Assembly (NCBI GenBank): GCA_964473735.1
Contig: CAYYQD010000003.1
Coordinates: 1 to 60,124 of the forward strand
DNA: 60,124 nucleotides
Source: an uncultured bacterium
Lineage (GTDB): Bacteria > Hydrothermota > Hydrothermia > LBFQ01
Reading direction: 5' to 3'
How positions within the stretch are numbered: position 1 is the stretch's first letter; each line of letters starts with the position of its first letter. Position numbers and translations under genes: made by a program. Positions 36,293 through 43,231 of the stretch are shown in pieces. Under the pieces are notes generated by a model that searched no databases, was not told the DNA's origin, and worked only from the letters and a program-made list of their open reading frames with translations.

Positions 36293-39088
36293 ATGAAACG
36301 GTTTGCGATAGCGTTGAGCCTCTTAACGGCTGTTCCCCTTATGGGGGTGGACAGCGTTGAGGTCTATCTACCCACCCTCAAGCTCATATTCTCCGTGGAT
36401 GAAACGCCCACCAAGGTCCCCGTACTTGACTCAACGGAGTACGCGTACATCGCCCTTCTGAAGAAGAACATCTATCCGATGAACATCGTGGAGGTTGCCT
36501 CCTTCAGAGACTTCCCTCCCGTCGGGTGGTCCGCCGATCCCGAGTGGGGTATGACCTACGAGCTCGTGGGAAGTTCTTACTACTATCCCGCCGTGGTCTA
36601 TACGGCTACGCCTTCCACAGGATCCTACGCCTTAACTTCGGCCGTGCTTGACCTATCCGTTACGGACGTACCCGTTCCCGACACCCTGACCTTCACCTAC
36701 AAGCTAACCGGTATGGAGAACGGGGATACCCTGTACGTTGAGGTCATAGGGAACGGAGACGACACGACCACGTGCTGGACCCCTATAGGTACCATAACCG
36801 CCGCCGACGCAGTCCCGGACATGACGGTTAAACGGCTTCAGGTACTCCCTTCCTCCTACCCCTGCGGCACCTTGAACGACAACACGCCCGTGCAGATAAG
36901 GTTCCGCTTCAAGGACAACAGCAGTCCCACTATGGACAGCACCAGGTTCTTCGCCCTGTACAGCGTGTATATCGGTGGGTACTGGTACAGGCCCACGGCC
37001 GACGACACCATACCCGACTCTCTGGTGAATTACTACGTGGGTACGGTCAAAGCGGCCTTTGAAGGTGTTCCGAACGGGATACTGAATTTCCTCGGACTGA
37101 ACAAGGACGACCTCAAAACCAGAAGCCCCGACAAGAAGGTGGTTATCCTGATAGCCCCCTTCAACATGTCCGACGTAACCCAGGATCAGCGCTACTTGGG
37201 GTACTGGGACGTGTACGACACCCTGAACTCCTACGACCTCATCTACATAAACTACGCCAAGCAGACGGCACAGGGTACCTTCGGCGGTGTGTATTGGGAT
37301 ACCACCAAGGTGCGCAGGTACTTAGCCTTCCAGTACGCCCGCCTCGCTGCCTACTCCCTTGACACCACCGAAGCCTACAACTTCTACCCGGTGTGGTTCA
37401 ACCAGTTCCAGATAGCCGCCAAGGCCTCCTGGATAGCCCACAAGGTTCTCCGCAGGGACTTCGGCGATCCCTTGGGACTGGCCGGCGGTATAAAGGGTGG
37501 AACACCCGAAAAGAGCAGCGTGTCTCTCATAGTTCCGTCTTTCACCTACGACGGTAAGGTGTACGTGGATGCGCAGATAACGAAGGTCCTTCCGTGGATA
37601 GCCCACCTTGAGGACGTAGGGGGAGAGGGTGCCATTAAGGACGCCCTCACCGAGAACGACGTACCGTTCTTCTGGTACCCCTTCCTTCCCAACTCCCTGA
37701 ACAACGTGATACTTTCCTCCGGCTCCAACTTCTACAAGGAGGTGGAGACCTTCTACCTCAAAGAGCTGGGGGCCGCCCAGACGTGGGACGATGCCCTCTC
37801 AGACTACCCCCACTTTACCAGCGACGACGTCTTCAACACTCTGGACTACACCGCCACCAGTGCCGCCAACGTGGTGAATAAGGTGGCCTTCCCGCTGGTA
37901 GCCTACAGGTACAGCGTTAACCAGCCCGGTCGTAAGTACCTGAGGTTTGACGGAGCGGATTACAACTCCGTAGTCACGTACGTGGGTGGGAACCTTGATA
38001 CCTTACCGGGTTTCGTTCTGTACAAGGTGAATCTAAACGACAACACCTGGGAGAGGGTGAGCCTTGACGAGCGGTACAGGTGGTCCTTCAGGGACGACGC
38101 AGGGCTCCGGGGGAACTACTACTTCCTCTTCATAAACGTCGGTGCTACGGCCCTTTACTCCTTTAGCGCCGACTTCAGGGATACCCTTCCGCCCACGGTA
38201 GCGGACCTGGGTATCCTTCCGGATGCCGCAGCCCCGGAGTTCATAGACGTGTATCTCTACTCCGATAGCAGGATATACTTTGACGCCGGGCAGGAAGGGG
38301 CTCTCGTACAGTTCTGGCCCAAGAACGACTCGGCCAACTATCAGGTCTACAACCTGTACCTTGACTACGCCGGCATGTCCGATACGACCTACCTGGTCTA
38401 TACGAAACAGGTCAGGCTCTCCTTCACGGACATCTTCGGGAACGAGTACTTCGGTCCCATTAAGTACCGTCTCGCCCTGGCCCAGAACGCTGCCGGCGTG
38501 GATTACGTGACGACCATAAGCGACACCGCCGGTGAGTTCTATAAGGTGAAGCTGGATACCCGTATGGCTAACATCATACCCGGAGTGCTCTCTATGGCAT
38601 CCACGGCCGGTGAGCAGAGGTTCTACCTGTTCCCCAACGGTAAGGAGTACGTCTTCAGCGCGCCGATACACGCACAGGTCAAGGTGGCAGCGCAGGAGGG
38701 AGACAGGGTCTTCTACTTCAACGGCTACGAGTGGAGGGAGGCCCGCTCCTACTACTACCCTGAGGAGGGGAAGGTTGAAGCCTTCGTGAGCGGCGCCTAC
38801 CGTATATATGTCGGTAAGGACAAGCCCTCCACGGCACCCGTCACGGCCTTCAACCTCAGGAGCGAGGTCAATAAGGTCGTAGTCTCCGTCCCCGAGAAGG
38901 GACAGGTCACCCTTAAGATATACAATCCGATGGGCCGCCTCGTTCGCACTGTAATCCACGACGTAAAAGGTGCCGGGAACTACGCCTTCAGGATTGACGA
39001 CCTACCCCGCGGCGTGTATCTCGTACGTGTCAAAGCCGGTAAGTACTCCGGTACCGTTAAGGTCCTTGTACTCGGAGGTGTAAGATGA
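36293..39088 (+). CDS. 931-aa secreted protein of unknown function with T9SS-type CTD
   Basis: AAGGAGG SD. Signal peptide 'MKRFAIALSLLTAVPLMG'. 'FRDFPPVGWS' resembles the FPP.GW motif of choice-of-anchor-J / cleaved-adhesin-type domains (from memory). Tail '...GVYLVRVKAGKYSGTVKVLVLGGVR'. Confidence 0.7.
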   Translation: MKRFAIALSLLTAVPLMGVDSVEVYLPTLKLIFSVDETPTKVPVLDSTEYAYIALLKKNIYPMNIVEVASFRDFPPVGWSADPEWGMTYELVGSSYYYPAVVYTATPSTGSYALTSAVLDLSVTDVPVPDTLTFTYKLTGMENGDTLYVEVIGNGDDTTTCWTPIGTITAADAVPDMTVKRLQVLPSSYPCGTLNDNTPVQIRFRFKDNSSPTMDSTRFFALYSVYIGGYWYRPTADDTIPDSLVNYYVGTVKAAFEGVPNGILNFLGLNKDDLKTRSPDKKVVILIAPFNMSDVTQDQRYLGYWDVYDTLNSYDLIYINYAKQTAQGTFGGVYWDTTKVRRYLAFQYARLAAYSLDTTEAYNFYPVWFNQFQIAAKASWIAHKVLRRDFGDPLGLAGGIKGGTPEKSSVSLIVPSFTYDGKVYVDAQITKVLPWIAHLEDVGGEGAIKDALTENDVPFFWYPFLPNSLNNVILSSGSNFYKEVETFYLKELGAAQTWDDALSDYPHFTSDDVFNTLDYTATSAANVVNKVAFPLVAYRYSVNQPGRKYLRFDGADYNSVVTYVGGNLDTLPGFVLYKVNLNDNTWERVSLDERYRWSFRDDAGLRGNYYFLFINVGATALYSFSADFRDTLPPTVADLGILPDAAAPEFIDVYLYSDSRIYFDAGQEGALVQFWPKNDSANYQVYNLYLDYAGMSDTTYLVYTKQVRLSFTDIFGNEYFGPIKYRLALAQNAAGVDYVTTISDTAGEFYKVKLDTRMANIIPGVLSMASTAGEQRFYLFPNGKEYVFSAPIHAQVKVAAQEGDRVFYFNGYEWREARSYYYPEEGKVEAFVSGAYRIYVGKDKPSTAPVTAFNLRSEVNKVVVSVPEKGQVTLKIYNPMGRLVRTVIHDVKGAGNYAFRIDDLPRGVYLVRVKAGKYSGTVKVLVLGGVR

Positions 39089-40368
39089 AAAGGTTTATAG
39101 CTGTCCTGCTGCTGTCCGGTGCGATGGTCTGGGGGGTCGGTGGGTGTAAGCTGTTCCACGCGCAGGACACCACCCCGGAGGCCGCCGAGATGGGTAAGCT
39201 TCTGAAGGAGGGGTGGCAGTACTACAAGGAGGGGAAGTTTGACTCGGCCTTAGCCAAGTTTGATACGGCGGCCATCATAGTGGACCCCTCTAACATGGAG
39301 GCCCACTTGGGTAGGGGGCTGACCCTCATGAGGAAGGGTCTGTACCCCGATGCCCATCAGGAGTTCGCCCTTATATACACCCCTTACATACAGGAGAACG
39401 TGTGGATTCTGGACCTATACGTTCCGGGGAACAGGGAGGGGGTGTTTGATACCATCGTGATAGACACGGTGACCCCGCCAGATACGGTAGCCTTCGGTAT
39501 AGACAGCAACGACCTCCTCCGGGCGGATGGGAACGGCAGGCTCATCAGCTCCCCCAACTACATGATTCTGGCTTCGTGGAAGTTAGGACCTCTGTTCGCC
39601 TCCAACGGTATCTCCTTTGAGGACGCGGACTACGTCTATCTACCCGTGGACCTCAAGAAGATAGTGGTAAAGCCCGATACGGCCGTGGCGCCAAAGGATA
39701 TTGACCCCGTCGCTTTCACGACCGCCTTCACCCCCACCACGGCTCCCCTCAACGTCACCTCCTCCTCCATCTCCTACGTTGATGCGGACGGTCCCGTGGT
39801 CTTCCTGACCAGTACCAAGAGCGGTACGGACAGGGAGCCGGAGCTACCCCTGCTGTTTGACTGGCTGTACGATTCTACCTCATCCGGTCCCGTGGGAGAT
39901 ACCCTTAAGCTAACCATGGTGGTCCTGAAGATAGCCAAGAGCGGGTTGGGAGACAGGCCGGATATAGTCTGGATGGCTCTGGCGGCCGACGCCCACACCT
40001 ACTATATGGAGGCCATAGACAACAAGAAGGCCGCCTACCTCGCCTTCGCCGCCTATCTCCTATTCCCCATGAGGGGGAGCATCCCGGACGGAGCGAACTA
40101 CTCCGGAATCCCCGGCCTGACCACCGACGACGCGTCCGTCCTGAAGGGCCTCGCCGGAGTCGCCGCCTTAGGCTACCACAAGGCCGGCTGGGTGGGGAAC
40201 TCCGTATCCGTCATCCGTTTCTTCGGTGATAACACCTACCCCAACTCCCTGTGGAACTACCTACCCGACACCTACGAGGAGATGGTGAATACGGTGGGCT
40301 TCACCAAGGACCCGAGCATCAACTACTCGGTGTATAAGAAGGCGAACGAGCTTTTCTTCGGTATGTAA
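39085..40368 (+). CDS. TPR-containing lipoprotein of unknown function
   Basis: Lipobox 'VGGC'. N-terminal TPR-like helices ('EGWQYYKEGKFDSALAKFDTAAIIVDPSNMEAHLGRGLTLMRKGLYPDAHQEF'). 4-nt overlap with the preceding gene. Confidence 0.65.
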   Translation: MKRFIAVLLLSGAMVWGVGGCKLFHAQDTTPEAAEMGKLLKEGWQYYKEGKFDSALAKFDTAAIIVDPSNMEAHLGRGLTLMRKGLYPDAHQEFALIYTPYIQENVWILDLYVPGNREGVFDTIVIDTVTPPDTVAFGIDSNDLLRADGNGRLISSPNYMILASWKLGPLFASNGISFEDADYVYLPVDLKKIVVKPDTAVAPKDIDPVAFTTAFTPTTAPLNVTSSSISYVDADGPVVFLTSTKSGTDREPELPLLFDWLYDSTSSGPVGDTLKLTMVVLKIAKSGLGDRPDIVWMALAADAHTYYMEAIDNKKAAYLAFAAYLLFPMRGSIPDGANYSGIPGLTTDDASVLKGLAGVAALGYHKAGWVGNSVSVIRFFGDNTYPNSLWNYLPDTYEEMVNTVGFTKDPSINYSVYKKANELFFGM

Positions 40369-40378
40369 AAAAGGAGGT

Positions 40379-42031
40379 ATGAGTATGATTTGGGTAATTG
40401 CAGCTTTACCTAACCTTAAGGCGGAGCATCTTTACAACGCTCCCCGTATGAGGGTGGCGGAGGGCCTCATGGAGCAGGTAGAGGCCCGTAAGAGGATAGA
40501 CACGAGGGTGCCCAAGACCGTGGGCTCCTCGTCCTTCTCCCCCTTCGCCCTGAGCGAAGTCTTCAGCGATACCGCCCCCAACCAGTACACTCTGGTGGGC
40601 CAAGGCCACCGCTCTCTCTACAGGAACGGCGACTCAATATGCGTGATCTACAGGCGCATAGACAGCCGCGGGAGCGGCTACCTCTCGGTGGCCTTCTCCT
40701 TTGACGGTGGTGCCACCTGGACGGTCCGTGAGGACGTAAACGAGGCGGCCGGTCTTCTGGACGCCGGTGGCCGCTATCCCAACTGCGTGGGCTTCTACAA
40801 CGGGGACCCCGTAATAAGCTGGCCGGAGCTCACGACCGGTCCGGCCTGGGGTGCCGCCTGTATAGCCGTCGCCTCCACCTCCCCGTACGGCTTCTGCACG
40901 GATCCCTCCTACGCCGTCTATCACACCTTCGCCTGGCCCATAGACGCCAACACTTACGCCGTCATTGGCTTTACGACCAACGACGACATAATCTACTACA
41001 CCTACGACCTCTCCACCGCCACGGCCAGCCCCGTTCAGGTGATCCGCAACTCCGGTACCGGTCAGGCGTTCAGACTCTACGACGTAGGTAGGTACAACGA
41101 CAGGGCTCTCGTGTACGGCTACGATTACGAAACGGCTCAGGACGCCTACATCTTCGTGAACGCCGACGGTACCGTATCCACCTCCATGCCCGTAACCTAC
41201 TTCGGCTTCGCCACGAGCGTGGATACCATAATGAGCATCGTGGACGCAGGTGTAGACGTAGACCCCAGCGGGAACGTGTGGGTCGCGTATATCCTCAAGG
41301 ACACCCTCAGCAACCCCGGAGCCGGTATAGGGCACGTTCTGGCCCTGAACCGCGCCGACGACACCACGGGCGCCACGGCCATGATGTTCTACACCCCCAG
41401 CCCCTCCAACCCCGACAGCGCCTTCCGTAAGAACCCGGTATACAGGCCCACTCTTGCCTTCGGTCCCGACGGCAACAACATGCTGGCCACTACCCTGATG
41501 TTCTCTGACTCCGCCAACTACGGATGCCCGACCGTCACGGGTAGCACCTCTCCCCCCACGGAGCTCGTGGCCTTCGCCTCCACGGACGGCGGTGCCAACT
41601 GGTTCCTGGCCGACGGTGACCTCATAGGGGACGGCACCCCCGACATGATGGAGGACTTGTACCTCCTGAACTTCTACCCCACCAACGGGTACCTCCTCTT
41701 CCCCGGCGGGGATATATGCGTCGTCTACCTGACCCCCCTTGACGGCTCCACCCAGCTCTACTGTAACTATCGGGAGGAGAACGATGCAACCCAGGCCCTC
41801 GTGCACGTCTCGTGCGGTCAGGCCGTCGGCGTGGCCGAGAAGCCCGCTAAGAAGGGCGCCGTTGCCACCGTCAACGTCCTCAAGGGTGGCGTTGAGGTCA
41901 GCGGTCCCGCCTCCATATACGACGCCAGGGGATCTCTGGTCACCACGACCGAGGGTGGCTTCGTCTCCCTTGACAGGGGCATCTACTTCGTCAAGACCGG
42001 AAACCGCGTGAGCAAGGTGGTGGTCAGGTAA
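40379..42031 (+). CDS. Asp-box-containing secreted protein with T9SS-type CTD
   Basis: Asp-boxes SFDGGATW and STDGGANW. Tail '...RGIYFVKTGNRVSKVVVR'. The GGAGG SD fits the second ATG (40385) better than 40379. Confidence 0.75.
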   Translation: MSMIWVIAALPNLKAEHLYNAPRMRVAEGLMEQVEARKRIDTRVPKTVGSSSFSPFALSEVFSDTAPNQYTLVGQGHRSLYRNGDSICVIYRRIDSRGSGYLSVAFSFDGGATWTVREDVNEAAGLLDAGGRYPNCVGFYNGDPVISWPELTTGPAWGAACIAVASTSPYGFCTDPSYAVYHTFAWPIDANTYAVIGFTTNDDIIYYTYDLSTATASPVQVIRNSGTGQAFRLYDVGRYNDRALVYGYDYETAQDAYIFVNADGTVSTSMPVTYFGFATSVDTIMSIVDAGVDVDPSGNVWVAYILKDTLSNPGAGIGHVLALNRADDTTGATAMMFYTPSPSNPDSAFRKNPVYRPTLAFGPDGNNMLATTLMFSDSANYGCPTVTGSTSPPTELVAFASTDGGANWFLADGDLIGDGTPDMMEDLYLLNFYPTNGYLLFPGGDICVVYLTPLDGSTQLYCNYREENDATQALVHVSCGQAVGVAEKPAKKGAVATVNVLKGGVEVSGPASIYDARGSLVTTTEGGFVSLDRGIYFVKTGNRVSKVVVR

Positions 42032-42043
42032 GGACCTGACCCC

Positions 42044-42712
42044 TCATTTGCGCCCCGCCGTACGGCGGGGCGTTTTTTCGTATACGGCCATCACGTTGCC
42101 GAAGGCCGTGGTGCTGAGATAGACCTTCCGCATACCGCCCACTTCCTCCATGAGTCTGGCGACGTCCTCCTCCGTATACAGGCACACCTCACCGCTTATA
42201 TCGTACCTGCGACCCACATCGGGGGGCAGGGGGGACCACCGCTCCTCAACGGGCAGATCCCTGTCCGGGTACCCCTCACCTATTGGGGAGTTCAGACCGG
42301 AGAAGGAGAGGAAGAACCTCCCTCCGGGGAGGGTGCGGTTCCGAAGGACCTTAAGGATCCTCACGGCCTCTCTGAACCTGACGTGGTGGAGTACCCTCTC
42401 GGCCACGACCAACCCCACACCCTCGGGCAGGTCCCCGTACCCCATATCCCGGACGTCCATGAGGTGGAACTTTATATCCCCGTACTCCCCCAGACAGGCG
42501 TTTATGCGGGCGTAGTGGGGAGCCAGAGAGGGGTCGGAGTCGTAAAGATAACACCGGAAACCCAGTAGGGCGAGTACGATAGCCAGCCGCCCCCTCCCCG
42601 GTCCCAGCTCAACGCACACCTTAGAAGGGGCTTCCCCCGAGAGGGCGAACCTTATGACCCTCTTTCCTAAGGAGCTGACCCTCCGCTGCCCTACGTCTAT
42701 ACCCTTTCCCAT
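42044..42712 (-). CDS. class I SAM-dependent methyltransferase
   Basis: Motif I-like 'VELGPGRGRLAIVLALLG' followed by an acidic 'LYDSD'. ATG 42712 is the second codon of the ORF-track TTG 42715. Confidence 0.7.
   Translation of the reverse strand: MGKGIDVGQRRVSSLGKRVIRFALSGEAPSKVCVELGPGRGRLAIVLALLGFRCYLYDSDPSLAPHYARINACLGEYGDIKFHLMDVRDMGYGDLPEGVGLVVAERVLHHVRFREAVRILKVLRNRTLPGGRFFLSFSGLNSPIGEGYPDRDLPVEERWSPLPPDVGRRYDISGEVCLYTEEDVARLMEEVGGMRKVYLSTTAFGNVMAVYEKTPRRTAGRK
42051..42078 (+). terminator. rho-independent terminator closing the exbB...40379 operon
   Basis: cgccccgccg-ta-cggcggggcg stem (9-10 bp) followed by T6. It lies inside the 3' end of the convergent methyltransferase ORF. Confidence 0.8.
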
Positions 42713-42738
42713 CAAAAGAGGGGGCCGGGAGGCCCCCC
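42711..42738 (-). terminator. rho-independent terminator after nuoC
   Basis: The minus strand reads gggggcc-tccc-ggccccc followed by tcttttga. Confidence 0.6.
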
Positions 42739-42742
42739 GACC

Positions 42743-43231
42743 TCACCTGTTGGGCGGCAGGTTATCCCAGCGGCGCAGGGCGTAGTCCTTTCGCAGCGGG
42801 TGGCCGTTGAACCCCTCCCAGAGCAGTATCCTCTCAAGGTTGGGATGTCCGGCGAACTTTATGCCGAACATGTCGTACACCTCCCGCTCGTGCCAGTTCG
42901 CCCCCTTGTAGATGTGGGAGACGGAGGGTACGGCCTCCCCGTCGTCCACGGCCACCTTGAAGCGTATCCTGTCCCGGTGGTGGGTGGAGTAGAGGTGATA
43001 CACCACCTCAAACCTCTTTTTGTGGGGTAGGGGGGTGGCCCTCCACCCCAGATAGTCCACGGCCGTTATATACACGAAGAGGTCAAAGCCCAAGACGTCC
43101 CGGGCGAACTTGAGGACGTCCCCTATAACCTCCTTGGCCACGTACACGGTCGTGAAGTCCTTACTCTCCACCTCGGGGCCCACCTTGTCCCCGAAGTTGG
43201 CGTGGAGGGTGGGAAAGAGGTTCCTACTCAT
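42743..43231 (-). CDS. nuoC: NADH-quinone oxidoreductase subunit C
   Basis: 'FEVVYHLYS', 'ANWHEREVYDMFGIKFAGHPNLERILL' is the 30-kDa subunit signature. Confidence 0.9.
   Translation of the reverse strand: MSRNLFPTLHANFGDKVGPEVESKDFTTVYVAKEVIGDVLKFARDVLGFDLFVYITAVDYLGWRATPLPHKKRFEVVYHLYSTHHRDRIRFKVAVDDGEAVPSVSHIYKGANWHEREVYDMFGIKFAGHPNLERILLWEGFNGHPLRKDYALRRWDNLPPNR

Noticed and set aside
40634-41806. Long antisense ORFs opposite well-supported genes. Examples: 40634..41806 (390 aa), 48358..49605 (415 aa), 38033..38959, 32998..33858, 35450..36160, 34450..35127, 31721..32290, 44811..45557, 53929..54600, 50798..51391.
   Set aside because: Each mirrors a gene with strong motif evidence on the other strand. 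Their products are G/V/R/P/H-rich low-complexity strings with no motifs. Open antisense frames are expected with GC-rich third codon positions.
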